Positions 26,452 through 39,900 are shown, numbered from the stretch's first letter. The stretch: 64,000 bases of DNA from Catajapyx aquilonaris (GCA_000934665.2 KZ538831.1:62001-126000); one strand, 5' to 3'. Numbers and translations are program-made. Notes: generated from the letters alone by a model not told the origin.

Positions 26452-28341
26452 TATTCTCTCCCACCCAGCACCCACCCACAACACCAGCCAGATTGATGTT
26501 TTTCGCCGTCTCGGGTGAAAATATTCATACTCTGGGGATCGTACTGTAGATTCGACCCCAACCCTGAAGGGAATCAAATCTCCCACCTTATTCGTTTACA
26601 TCCAAGCTGGAAAATGTATCCGGACGAGTTTTCCCCTCCCCACCCCCCATATCCACCACCACCATCAGCCCTTCCAGGCTGTTACAATTCTTTGAAAAAA
26701 GCCTCTGACTTTTTCTTTTCCTTATAGTGAGGAAAACGTGAAAAAGACCACAATTTGAAAACAAGTTTGAAAAAATATTGTTATCCATTGGAGGTTGGCA
26801 TGTAGGGTTTAATAATAATTAAGGGTATAAATTTTGTAGGTGTATGGTATAGGGTAAGGAAGGGGAGTTCTTCAGGAGCAATCATGGGGGGTTTTTTTTC
26901 TGGAGAAATCTGGATCGGAAAAGAGGGCGCTGGAGCATAGGGAGGTCTGGGTAAAGGAGGAAGGGACTTTTTATTTTTTAAGACTCTCATTGTTTCGTGG
27001 CCTTAGCCCAGCGACGTGGTTTTATGAGTCGTAAAGGAGAAGGAGAGATAGGGAGACAGAGAAAAGGGATGTGGAGGGGGGAGGCTGGGGAGGAAGGAAG
27101 GAAAAAAAAAAGAAAAGAGGACGTGAAGTTCTTGCAGAATTTCCATTTCGCGCTCTCCTCATTCCTCGTGTCATTCGATCGGAATCAACCAAACCCGAAA
27201 CGTTGTTCCGCATACAAAAAGACCCCCCCCATATTCTTGAGGACACTCAACAAAATGTAACTGGGATCTATAAACTTTTTCTTTCTCTCTTTTTCTCTTT
27301 TTTTCCATTTCTTTTATTTTTTTTCTCCCCTCCTTTTGCTGGATTTTTCCCTCCTCCATCCATCCACAGGTTTTTCCCCTTCCAATGGGAGAGAAAAAGG
27401 GGGATTTGGAGCTGTCGTGTCATGTCATGGATGCTCTTCCCACAAGTGCATGTGGCACGTTTCACTGTATATTTTTTGACAGGTCTGAACCCTCAACCTC
27501 TACCACTCGCTAGAAAAATAACTCGGGACTCCAATGCTCTATTTTTTTTTATATACATCCACAAATTGCTTTCTCCGACATAAATTCCTAGCAATCCCTT
27601 TACACGTGATGAATGCCTATAAGTATGGAAATTGGAACCTGTTCTATGATCTAAATCAGTGTATAATAATTGTTTCAGGAGATTTAAATACTGTAGTGTT
27701 CGCTTCAGGTGAGTTTTCCTCTCTTTGCAATTAATTGCTGTAGGCATAATGATTAAAATTTGGTTTCGGCGTTAATTATTGCTATTTATTATTAAACTCT
27801 AATCATACTGCGCCTGGAACTAAGTTCAGCAGACGTTGTAGCTGCAGATTATTTTTCTGTACAGTTCTGGCATCACAATAAGGCCTGCTAGACAATGAGG
27901 AACAAAAAGTGGGCATGCAACCATCTTGCCTCCCAAGACTCATACCCCCCCCCCCCCACTGAAACGATAACTCAGAAGCCACTTTAGTTCAACAACAAGA
28001 GAAGGTGATGTATAATACAGCAGCCCCTGGAACAATAGGGAGGAATATTTTATTCTAGACATACTTAGCCCCCGGGCCTTTAACATGAATAACGTACAAG
28101 TGTGTGGGATGCAGCAGCAAAACACAACAGTATACACGTGCAGGGCTAAAAGACGTGGATGACTCTAGCAAAATGCGGGCATAAATCTGGCCCACTAACA
28201 ATAATTGTCACATATACAAGCGGTCCCCAAGTTTTATACCAGCGTGCCAAATCCCACTTGTTCAACAGAATTTCTGCAGCGTATTTCACTGCGAAAAACG
28301 GATGAGGTCAGCCTGCACTGTACACTAAAAATTCCGACTGA

Positions 28342-28342
<1 letters not shown>

Positions 28343-28433
<91 letters not shown>

Positions 28434-28457
28434 GTGTTGTTGTTGTTGTTGTTGTTG
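28343..28457. repeat. Compound microsatellite (ATT)n-(GTT)n
   Basis: Directly visible. Confidence 0.95.
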
Positions 28458-29190
28458 GGGTCTAACAAATTTTATAAAATTAAACCAGTTTCTGACAGCG
28501 TTCATGGACAGGGAGTAGCAATTTGGACAGACCATATAGCATCCGGTGGAACGCCTTTGAAAGGGGCCAAATTCTCTATGCAAACGATATTTGGCAATGC
28601 GGCGAAATTAATTGAGTGTAGGGGGGTGGCGTCGGGGGGGCTGTGCCTTAATTCGGGCCTTTTTTTAAGTCCCCGCCCTATTGCCACCTATAGTCTGCAA
28701 GTTGCAGGGAGGGGGGGGCTAGCTATAGTGCAGGCCTGCACTCTATTGCCCACCTCTCTCTCTCCCTCTCCTTTTTTTCTGTTCCTCCTGTCTCTCCCCC
28801 TTCTCCCCCCCCCCCTCCCTTAATTATGCAGCCCTAAGCTTCATTTGCGCCTTCTCTCCCAACTTACTTCCCAACTCCATCTAAATTTGCACCTCTACAG
28901 CCTTTTTTTGCAACTGGCACCATTCAAGAGGCATTAATTTGCCACTGTAAAGGCTACAATTGCTCTAATGGCCTATTCGTCCCCTCAACTTATTCAAGCT
29001 TGTTTCACTACCTCTATGAGTGCATTTTTTTGGCTGTAGTGTATTACAGATGGTTAATGTCCAAAGAAAATTGTGTTTTTTTTTCTAGTTCTATGAAAGG
29101 GATAAAAATGATGCATAAGTCAATAGAATTTCAGTTTATATTGGAGTACTGTATGTTGCAGTGGAATGCGACAAAATCTCTGTCATATGT

Positions 29191-29379
29191 TGTGACGTCG
29201 CGTCACTAGATGGCAGGAGGGAGCCTGCGCGCGCTTGGATTTGGGCCTGGAGGGTGAGTTGAGTCGTGTCTTGGCCGGAGTAGCAGGTGGGTTGCCCCGT
29301 ACCCGTTTCAATTATTGGACCACGACCCTGAGAGACCTTGAGGGGTCAGGGGGATGACCTGAGAAGGTCAACTCTCACA
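29191..29379 (+). mobile_element. Solo-LTR-like element (best-preserved copy)
   Basis: TGTGA...TCACA inverted termini (TG..CA), 4-bp flanks ATGT/GTGT, homology to five other copies in the window. Confidence 0.75.
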
Positions 29380-30689
29380 GTGTTACAATTTATGTTACCT
29401 CATATATGCCAATTTGGTCTGGAACAGGTTACATGTCTGACTCTCATTAGCTGCATCAGGGCACATTAAAATGAAATCATCTCGTGTTGCATGGAACCTG
29501 TTGACGTCTAACCTAATCATATTAAAGCATATAAAATAGTTCGCACATTTAAAAATCCACTTTTATTTAATTATGCGCCATCAATGTGATTAATTATTAG
29601 TGAAAATTTTGTGTTTGTAACGTCAACACGCATTACTGTCTTTACTTTTGGACTCATTTGAACCTGTTATTTCCCCATAGCCACGTGCGTTGCAATTATT
29701 TGTTTTATTTGTGCCACACTGTCGCCTGCAATGACAAGAGTGGGCATAAAAGCCAACTGCAAGTGCTAATGAAAGTCTAAGCATATTGTTGCCCAAGGCT
29801 CCTCATCTTTGAGAAATATGATACAGTAGGTCCACAATGTATAGTCATGAATACGTAATCAAGTATCCCCAAAACTTAATTGAATATTCCAAAACACGAT
29901 CGTTTTCCCTCTTTCACACCCCTTCAATTTGCATTGGCATCTATACACTGAATATAATTAGTACATTCCATATTTCTGACCCCATTTACAGTGCACCGTT
30001 TATAGCAACAGTTACCTTCACCACAGCACCTATCAAGCCGTTGAACGTGCAATATAGTGGAGCCTGGCAAAGAATCGTGTTAAGGAAGGGACTAGCTGGT
30101 TGATTGTTGGTGCGTGGTTGTGGTGGTTGGAAGGCTGGAAGCATATTTACCCAGAGTAGGGGAGTGGGATGTGGAACTGGGGGGGGGGGGGGNNNNNNNN
30201 NNNNNNNNNNNNNNNNNNNNNNNNNNNNNNNNNNNNNNNNNNNNNNNNNNNNNNNNNNNNNNNNNNNNNNNNNNNNNNNNNNNNNNNGTGGGGGCTAGGG
30301 GGGGGGGAGCGAGCTGGGTGTGTAAGCGTCCTTCCAACCCGTGCACAACCAATTTGATGACCACTCTTGTCTTGCGGTCCAATGGATAAGATAGCATTGG
30401 TGCAGATCTAGCTTGTCCAAGACACTCTCATGGGATTGGAACTGTCGCAGGTTGGTGCAGCCATGAAGCTACAACAAAATGGGATAATGAAGATGCATCA
30501 TGCGGGGTGTCTAGTATTGCTAAATGAAAATAGACCTGATTGGATTTGCCCCTAGTACTGTACTGGGTTAGCCAGAAAACCTCTAAGTAAAGGTTACAAA
30601 ATTTGGATTTTTAAAACCTTTCATTCCTTCGGTTGGCCCTTGCTACTCATTATTTTGGTAGGAACGACTTTCATATGGCTGTATCATCA

Positions 30690-30817
30690 GTCCAAAAAGA
30701 ATTGTCCCTCGCGTCGAGCGGGCAGCCACGCGTCAGGATGAAAGGAACCAGTTAACTGGTTGCTTTCATCCTGACGCGTGGCTACCCGCTCGACGCGAGG
30801 GACAATTCTTTTTGAAC
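30690..30817. mobile_element. Near-perfect 128-bp palindrome (foldback MITE)
   Basis: CAAAAAGAATTGTCCCTCGCGTCGAGCGGG...ACCAGTTAACTGGT...CCCGCTCGACGCGAGGGACAATTCTTTTTG. Confidence 0.85.
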
Positions 30818-30825
30818 CGTTGAGT

Positions 30826-30970
30826 AACAACCTACCCCATGACTTAACTTTCCTTCCCGGTGGATACATACATATCCTTCAGCGGATGCAGGCCTATCTT
30901 TCAGCAGATACGAGACTAGGAAAGTAGGTAAAAGTGAGGGGGGTTTTCCGATATGAAAGCGTAGCCATTT
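30826..30970 (+). mobile_element. Minisatellite-carrying element, short copy (~2.5 units)
   Basis: CAACCTACCCCATGACTTAAC, TATCCTTCAGCGGAT units and AAAGTAGGTAAAAGTG shared with the other two copies. Confidence 0.7.
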
Positions 30971-33548
30971 TGTTAAATATTCTAAACAAAGGAGTAACCA
31001 CTAGTTCTGAATTTACAACCGATCAAGCCCGACAGATTGAGAAGTTACAGTCTACCTGTCTAAGAAATGTCCGTAAAGAGGAAGAGAGGCAGGCAAGCAG
31101 GCAAACGCCAACAAAAAGGCCAATTTCCGAGTCTGACAAAAACAAGACCTGGACCTCTAGCTTGTCATAACTAACGCGCAGCCCCCACGCTCTCATAATG
31201 GCCGTAATATGTTCTCCATCTGCGGGCCACCCGCAGGACAAGCACCGTTTTTCAGGCCCGAATCGCTGATTAATGTGGGGCCGGTCTAGCCCCCCAGATG
31301 CTGCTGGCTTTGCCCGTGCCTGCATGCATGCCAGTTCTGGCTAGTTCACCGACTTTTGACACTACCGGTGTGCCCTCTAGGTTCCCTCAGCAAATCGACA
31401 CGTGTCCTGCCTGTGCATGTGATGAGAGCGAGGGGGGGTTAAAAAAAGGGGGAAGATGGCGCCCATCCCATGATGATGGGAGAGTAGTGTTGGGAAGCGA
31501 TCCGAGAGAAGGAATCCGGACACGGTTGGCCTGCGATGCATCCCAAATAATTACCTGCAGAATCCCCGAACACGACTTTCCAATTTCGAAGGCGAGAGGC
31601 GAGAAGAAATGCTGTCCAGCCCAACCATCCATTCCAATCGAGACTTGTCATTCCGACCGATTTCGAGAGCGCAAAGTGGAACTAGAGGAGATGGGTATAG
31701 GTATAGTGCCACTAGGGAAGAGGAAGGGTGGTGAAGGCAGGGAATGGGGAGGAGGGAGGGAATAAAATAAAATCCTCTCCACTTCCATCCCTTCTGAGCC
31801 TGTGACAGTTCTGACACCATGTAAAGTCCCGGGAAATTTTTCCCTTTCAACGTTTCAGCCGTCACAAATATTGGATATCATTTTCTAGGAGTTTATCCCT
31901 GGCTCCTCCTCCTCCTTTGTGGTTTCCTTTCCACAACCTGGTATATAGGTAAAGGGGGGTGTTGGGAAACTTCTTTTTTTTTCTTCCTTCCTTCACGTCT
32001 ACCCCCTTCCAAACATGCCGAGTGTATTTTAAGCGCTTCACCTCAGCACTCAAGGATTTCTGAAGCGCGGCTTATGCTTCCAAAAAGTCTGCCTAAAAGT
32101 AGCTTAATGGTGGCCGTTTTACCCCGACGCCTCTCCATGATACTGTCGTTCGGGACCTGCCAAAAAACCTAACAGCCTGTCAATTTTCACGTCTTCGGCT
32201 GATGCCTTGTACTTTAGAGCAGGAGAGAATTCACCGACGCTTCTATCGCGTAGCTCGAATGCAGGATTAGCGACAAACATTTCCCTTCTGGAGGAATGAA
32301 AGACAACAATGAACGTTTGGGTCGGTTTGGGTGCCCCTTAGACCCACGTGGTCAATGTAACTCAAACAGGGTGTTCAGTAACAACATCTGCAACGTTCTA
32401 GGGGGGAGCAACACTATGGAGCAGTTTCGTATTAAGATAATTAGCCATCATAAAATTGTTTGAACCACATATCTCTGTACAAAAGGTGAGTCCAACCTAT
32501 CAGTTTGTTGCCATTATTACAGACCACCCTGTATTTAACAAAATTTATTGCACTAGTCTCTTCATGCAGCCCCGTAACTCATAACTGCAGATATTTTTTC
32601 CCCTGACATGCAACATCAAACAGAGACCTTTAATGTCCCCTTGTCGTGCCCGATATTTCAAACTGGAAAAGAAACCCATAAATCCTGAATGCATATTCCA
32701 CTGTCAATAGCATCAGTGTAAATGAAAACAATAATGAAAAGTCTGGTAGGACATTGATCCCCCTTTTATTGTGTCGCCATCTGACCATAAATCCAGGCGC
32801 GTCCGGAATGTCTCCCAAAAGCTATTCCCACAAGGGATCCTATTCTTTCTTTATCGCTGGTTATCTCCCCAACCGCCCACCAATTCCCCTCCACCCCACC
32901 GCCTTCCCCCTCTCTTCCGACCATACCCAACCATCCACCCGTCCTCATCCACTCTCCAAAGAGTATGAATAATCATGAGCGAATTGTCATCAAGTGCCAT
33001 TGTTGGAAGTAGCTCGCCAGAAAAGGAAGAGGAGGAATAAAATTGCGCCTTCATTAGAATGCAAACAGGCGGCCGAGCGGAAGGACCAGTAGCGAAATAG
33101 AAATATAGAAAGAACAGAGAGGATGGAAGTGGTGGTGGGGTAGGGTGGAGGAGATGGGGGAGTAGGGAAGGAAAGGGGGGGAGTCGACTCATTACCGAGA
33201 TTAGCGTAATTAAGTGTGAGAAGGAAGGAAAAAAGTTTCTTAGGGACCTGAAGATCAAGACTCGTTCGCGTTCGTTAGAATCGAGGAAGATGAAAGGAGA
33301 TGGCTCTTCCGAGCTCGTATTTAATGTATTATCCCGAGTATGATTAATACTAATTTCATGCGGACAGAACTGTGTGCCCAAGCCTTATCCGAGCATATAT
33401 GGTGCTACACTAGAGCCTGTTCAACGTGTTCGCCACACACTTTACTGGAGTGCTTATGCACTAGTTGAAGTCTAATTTTAAAATGGATATGAATTTGTGT
33501 TATCAGAGTAGGCATAGTTGGTGCGCAGCTCAAATAGTTAGTAATTTA

Positions 33549-33722
33549 CAGTGTTGGACACAAGGTTGGACATTAATCGAGGCATACTGCTAGCGACATT
33601 TTCCGAAGCGGCAGAAGAAGGAATCCAAGATAAGGATACTGCAAGCCGGGCGAGCAAGATTCCTTCTTCTGCCGCTTCGGAAAATGTCGCTAGCAGTATG
33701 CCTCGATTAATGTCCAACACTG
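33549..33722. mobile_element. TA-flanked foldback MITE (TIR CAGTGTTGGACA)
   Basis: ~60-bp perfect arms, TA on both sides, short internal duplication of GTTGGACA in the left arm. Confidence 0.85.
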
Positions 33723-33796
33723 TACACCATGAGTGCAAACTTATTCCGGACGGTCAGTCATAGTTTCATAACAGGCCGCTAGAATGAGGTAGGTAG

Positions 33797-33936
33797 CGTA
33801 GCTGTTTTTTTTAGAGCGGGGGGTATTGCACTAACATTACCCCCCGCTTACATTACCCCCCGCTCCAAAAAAAAACCCAAAAAAACCAATTGGATCGGGG
33901 GTAATGTAGCTGTTTTAGCTACATTACCCCCGATCC
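33797..33936. repeat. Cluster of direct and inverted ACATTACCCCCG motifs (MITE remnant)
   Basis: GAGCGGGGGGTA/TACCCCCCGCT and GGATCGGGGGTAATGTAGCT/AGCTACATTACCCCCGATCC hairpins. Confidence 0.65.
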
Positions 33937-35029
33937 TCCAAAAATTGGACAAAGTATCCTGACTGTCTATAACCAATCGTTAGCAAGAAACGGTGCAAGT
34001 TTAAAAAATTAGCATCTTCACCTTGCTAGAGTGCTGATGGCCCCATGCCATCAGGATATGCTCGTCCAAAGAAGCGCCATACAGCACGTAATCCATCTCA
34101 GCAACGTAATTGATTTGACAGCTTTTGTGCAAGGAAAAGATGCATTCCTGACAAGTGGAGATTAGTAGTAGTGTGCTGGAGTCGTTTCTAGAAATGGGTC
34201 AGGCTGGAAGCTGTGGTATTTGCCCTTCTGGCTGGGTCGCAGTTACTAAAAACAAAAGGATTGGGAGACAAAAGCCAAGCTAGCAGCAGACGTACGCACG
34301 ACTCCCATAAGCCAGCCAGCCAAAGGAAGAAGGCACAAGCCTGCCCGGACCCGGGTATAAAAGATGAGAGGAAAAAGGCTCGGGGCTAATGCGCGGCTAT
34401 TTGTCTCTCCAACAACCAGCATCTCTTCTTCTCCTTCGCATTTCATCATTTCCCAGTCTTCTCCCCCCTTCTCCCCATACCCTTCTTCCCATCTCCCCGC
34501 CCCAGCCCCTCCTCTCTTTTCTCCACCCAACCAGCCTCGTACTCATTTTTTTTTTTTTTGCACACTAAACTCGTTGCCTCCAAACCCCTCCAAGCTTCTC
34601 AAAAAATTCAAGCTCTGTTATATTTCCTTGTCGACACACGTACAGGATCTGCAGTGTCTTTATGGTGTGAAATATTATTGCTGACATGTTATTATTCTTT
34701 TACAACACTTTTTTTTTCTAGCCCAGAATTCTCAAAGTCTAGTTTTCAAAAAAAAAATATTCAATATTGAGCCATTATATTTTAGTGGTGATGTATGATC
34801 GAACTTGACAGCTTAGACCAATTGTCGATTATTTTTTTGTTACTCGAATGATACATGTTTGAAGCATGTTGAAGGAAACGGAAATATTTTCAGCATGTCC
34901 TCGATATGGATGGAAGCTCTTTAACTTTCTTGGTTAAAATATAGTTGAATATCTCTTACTGACAAGTTATCACAACCTCGAATCACATTAGTCAAAATTA
35001 GTCAGTTCGTATCAGAATTCCTTGGCTAG

Positions 35030-35410
35030 TGTCTCATGCATGGCTACTATTTCGTATAGGGAGACCCATCACTTTTACCTATTCTCCTAGGCGTGTATCC
35101 GTGAAGGATAGGTGTGTATCCGTGAAGGATAGGCGTGTATCCGTGAAGGATAGGCGTGTATCCGTGAAGGATAGGCGTGTATCCGTGAAGGATAGGCGTG
35201 TATCCGTGAAGGATAGGCGTGTATCCGTGAAGGATAGGCATGTATCCGTGAAGGATAGGCATGTATCCGTGAAGGATAGGCATGTATCCGTGAAGGATAG
35301 GTGTGTATCCGTGAAGGATAGGCGTGTATCCGTGAAGGATAGGTATGTATCCGCTGAAGGATGGCATGCATCCGCCGGTAAGGCAGGTTAGGTCATGGGG
35401 TAGGTTGGTG
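35030..35410 (-). mobile_element. Minisatellite-carrying element, 12 x 21 bp + 1 x 22 bp units
   Basis: TAGGCGTGTATCCGTGAAGGA units from 35088; flanks CACTTTTACCTA and TTAGGTCATGGGGTAGGTTG are reverse complements of the flanks at 30826-30970. Confidence 0.75.
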
Positions 35411-36282
35411 CAGCGTGCCTCATTCGGTCTCCCATTACGAAAGTCCTTCCCTCATGCATTACCTCCTTGAAACTTAAGTACAAGGTGTCTTTGACAGAGT
35501 ATGGTATATGAGTCTATATGAGTCTAGAGAGTGCAAGGAGGAGGTCAATGCGTAGCATTTGGTTGCCTCAGATAAGCCTCCGGATGAGGCAGAGTAGGAT
35601 GTAATTCCGGATAGGCAAGGATAGGGTATAGGGGTGGTGAAGAGCTTAAAGATAGTAGGGAGATGGGAGGTTAGGATGGGGGAGAAGAAGAAAAATCCGG
35701 GCAATTTAGGGAGGAGGAAGAGTGAAAGTGAGCTCCGCCCAGCTCTTGGCGAGGAAAATATCCGTCGGAGGAAGGCTCGTGTTTCGTCATTTTTCTTTTG
35801 TCGCCCGGAAGAAAGTCTCCCCTCGGAGGGCGTGATTAGGCCTTTTCCACGCGACTCGCACCATCTTGAGACAAATGCCCTGCCATTCTTGGCTTTATCG
35901 GGGCGCCGATGAAGACTCGCCTTTCTATCGCCTTATACGACCTACTCTACAAGGCTGACTCTCTTGCCTGCCGCCGTCTGGCCCGAATAAGGCCACTCTC
36001 ACAATCCCGACTCTGTTGTGTGGTATAATGGCTGGAAATTGGTTTTCCACATATACGGTATCTGGAATGCAGTATTACAACCGATTTCTGTTCATTTACC
36101 TTCTTCATACAATCCTACGAAGAGGCTTTGTTAGAGAATGTTGTGATATCTCCTTCATCCACAAAGTGGCTATTTCCAAATTTCCAAAAAGAAAGATACA
36201 GCTGCTATGATTGTATAGACTATATTGTATTTTCTTGACAGTCATTGGCCTGTCATAACAATAAGTACATGTAAGAGAGGGA

Positions 36283-36570
36283 AGGAGTATCGAGGTAAGC
36301 CATCGTCTTCTGAGCCTGAAGGTAGAAGGATCGAATCCTGAAAAGGCGCAGTTTTTTTCTCGCTGTGACTTGCTCGTTGTTACTTCATCTCGCTGTGAAC
36401 TTTCTCTTTGTTAGGCCCTACTTCATTTCGCATTTATTTCTCTTTGAACTGCGTCTGTAAATAAGCTAGACCGTCTGTACATCCACAAGCTCGTTGCAAC
36501 AGAGTTAGCTCTGTAGTAACACATCAAACTCTCAATTATTGAAGGGTCCTGGGATCAAGTCCCGGTCCTT
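36283..36570 (+). mobile_element. Two degenerate tRNA-like heads (old SINE or tRNA pseudogene remnants)
   Basis: B-box-like AGGATCGAATCCT (~36327) and GGGATCAAGTCCC (~36551), each preceded by GAAGG(G)T and a weak A-box. Confidence 0.35.
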
Positions 36571-36724
36571 CTTCGGTTGCGATATGTAGAGAATAATTTT
36601 TGCAGCCGTAGGCTAATCTCTGGCCAGGATGGCGACTGTTTCTTCGCTGTTTTCCCGACACTTCTTGAGGTGGCACAGGACGAATGACATAGTGCTCAAA
36701 AGCAGGAAGGGCGCTGAGTATAGT

Positions 36725-36931
36725 TGCGAGTTGGCAGATTTACCAAGAGATGGCGTGAATGTGGTGGGAAGGCGCGCTTTGGGCACTGTAAATCAGTCGT
36801 GAGACAGCCAGAGACGAGGCTAGTCTCATAAGTATATTGTAGGCAACCACTGTGTATTATAGGACCATGACCACGACTCTGGGAGATCCCTCAGGGTCTG
36901 GAAAGCTGACCTAGGGAGGTCATATCTCACA
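36725..36931 (+). mobile_element. Solo-LTR-like element
   Basis: TGCGAG...CTCACA termini; GACCACGAC and TGACCT-N4-AGGTCA 3' motifs as in 29191-29379. Confidence 0.7.
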
Positions 36932-39900
36932 ATGTAATGACATGATGATTCTTCCCTGGTTAGATGGGGACATTGCAGTAATACACCGCCCTTTTATTTT
37001 TGTGAAAACCTTTTCTAACTTCAGTTTGTTCTGAATGGCTGGAGGAAAAGGCTGTTAGTACTTGTTTGGAGGCTGGACCTTTCGCCTGGGGCCAATGCGC
37101 TTGACTTTACAGACTTGCTATTCAAGTGGGGAGAGAGGCCGACTTTGGATTGCTGTCGGAAACTTCGGAAAACATTCCGCCAATAATGACTTTTCCCGCT
37201 AGTCAACATGATTACAGCAGAAATGACAAGGTTGCCGGGTGTTCATAATTAGGGGGTTACTCAAGGGGGCCAGGGAAAAGGGAAAAAAGTTCCTGGCTCC
37301 TGGTAGTTTCTTCCTCTTTCCTTTCAACAATTACAGTTGGGTAAAGTTCCTCAGCGAAGATTCCCGGATGCAATGTGAACCCAACCACACTTTTGTAATT
37401 GAAGGAAAGGGATTTCTTATCTTCTCTTTTTTTTCTTCGCGCAGGAAAATGGAGATAGCAGAATTTATGATGGAAAGTAGGCCGAAAGAAAAAAAAAGTG
37501 GGAAAATTCCGCCCCTAATGTTAGCGATGTAAGAAAGTAAGAATATAGGAGAAAAACGTGTCCTTGGCCACTTGAGACGCAAACTTTGCAAACCTCGCAT
37601 TTCCTGACATCTAGCTAACGACATTTTTTTGCCTCCTACCAATCCGCATAATAAATAAGTCTAGAACGACATAACTCTAACTGGTGAGTATAACCATAGC
37701 TGATCTGCAGAGAGTGTCGGTCGGTGTTGAGAGTGCGATAGTGAAAGGGGGCTTAGGGCTAAGGCAGTGCATCGTGGGCCAAGTGATCATTAGGTGGGAG
37801 TCCATGTCAACGAAGCTTAGGCCCGATTAGCCCTCAGTGACAGCCAATTTCCAAATGGCCCCCGCCCCGCCAGCCTTCCTCCCACCGACTAATCCTACCC
37901 CACAGCGCATTATTGGAAAGCGCTCCGCAAAACTCTTTCAATGTACGCGGTCATCCCTGTCAACGTACCGGCTCAACCATACCGTACATGCCCAGTACAT
38001 GTTGACTGTTGCATAAGATACTGGCTGGAGGTTAAAAAAGATTGCTTGAATCTGGGGTAGGGTTCAAGTCAGTTTGTGAAAGGAGCCAGAAAACGTTGGC
38101 TTCAGGGCTAGGAGAAAGAGAAATAAAGGAACCTACCTTCCTTCCCCCCATTCCCTCTTTCTCCCCCGTTTTCTATCTTTTTGGTCGGCAGATTGTGCTG
38201 ACAAAGCAGTAGCAGCAGCCTCCGGAAAGGCTTCAAAGAGTCCCCTTCGTAATGACGTGCATTACACATCACATTTTCGGGAGGACCGGTCCCGATAATG
38301 AGCCGATTACTTGCAGCGAGTGCCTGCTAGGGGGTGATGAAGGGGTTCCTACTCGGCTTTTCAACCAACACTAGAATTTCACCCCAACTAACGCCCCATT
38401 TACCCCCGGCTCTTGCAGCATCCACGATGAATTTAATCACAGGAAACTCGCGCATCACATGCTCCATTGGTAACGAGTTGAGCACGAGTCTCTCTCTCTC
38501 TCTCTCTGCTGGAAAACCCAGATACGAAGGAGCCACTACCAGCTTTTCTTGCCTGTCACACTAGGCACTCATTTTGCCCTGTTGGCTCACTTGACTGCAC
38601 TCAAACTCATGTAAGCCCCCTCTGCGCCAAACTCACAAGAGCGTTTGATCAGTTTACAACAAATGCATTGTAGGATTATGAGAGCAAACTGCTTCTCTGA
38701 ACAGGTTCGTCCTTAGGCGAGTCTCTGCTTCAAATTAGGATGTCATCGTCTCACTAGTCGTGTCGTAATATGGAAATAATTACACCGTGTATAGTCAACA
38801 TATTTTATCGATAATGTAGAGTGAAATCCAGAATTTTAACGTGCAGTCAAGGCTCAAAGTTGCTGAATCGTGCGGTGTAAACTGATGGCAATTAAGCCTG
38901 CATGTGCTTGCAACTTACAATACAGTTTACAGGTTGTTCCAAGCACTGCTCAATTCATTAGGACCTACAGCCGCCTAATTCCCGACATAAATAATTAGGC
39001 TGCAATCTCGATTGTGCTTGCAGCCATTGGAATCCTGCCTACAGTAGCTAGAAGGCAAACCATGACGTTTATGAATTATTCAAAGTGTGGAAATAAGAGG
39101 TGAAAGCATATCGAAATAGAAAATTAATTCTTATCACGTGCACCTCAACAGGAAATACAAGAATTAGGATCAAAGGAGGAACTTTTGCAGTTAGTGCTAA
39201 TCTCGGATCATTTCTTTAGGGGACTGGTGAGGAAGGATAAGAGCAAAGTGTGCATGGAACAAAGGAAAGGTGGCGCGGAGAGAGAAAGAGAAAGAGAGAA
39301 GCACTTGGTAGCGTTTTCTTAAGAGGATTTTCTTGTTTCTCATTTCCTGGGCCTGCTTTTGGTCCAGGCGCAAAAGAAGGAAGGCAGGCGTCAAAGACAA
39401 GCTTGGCAAAGCCGCAATCTCTGTCTCAGTCTCTAGGTGCTTTCTCCACCTATCTATTGTACCTATACCTTTTCAATATCCAGTAGGCCCTAAAAGTGGT
39501 GACTGTCTTAATTAATAGCATTCAACATCCTTGAAAACTGTCACAGAGTAATATTAACCAAAGTTTGCTTCTAACTTGTGCATCATCCTTTTTTTTCAAA
39601 AAGTGATTTGCAAAAAAAAAAAAGAACGTGGAAGAAGGGAAATGCGACCGTCGGGCCAAGCAGCAAGTAAAGCTGAGATAGGCCGCTTTGGAGCGGCTCC
39701 CGACAGCGTTGCCTAATTTATGGGCACCTTTTAAGCCCTTGGCAAGTGGAACAAGGACCGCACTTGTGTGTTTTGTGTTCAATTCCCCCCAGTTACAGAG
39801 TCAGGGAAAAGCCCTCATTGCTCCACTCCACTTACTTATGCGCCGCGTAAAACATGAGAATAATTTTACTCGTCTCCTTGCTTGCTATCCACTTCATAGT

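Noticed and set aside
26021..26586. Long ORFs with X runs and RE/SL repeats (also 22874, 30092, 28205, 49435)
   Set aside because: Artefacts of N gaps and microsatellites
27910..27931. Minus-strand AGGCAAGATG resembling the miR-31 5' end
   Set aside because: Only 10 nt match before divergence and no precursor hairpin visible
35029..35391. ORFs with VSVKDRR / ILHGYTP repeats
   Set aside because: 21-bp minisatellite inside a non-coding element; sister copies have 22-bp units that break frame
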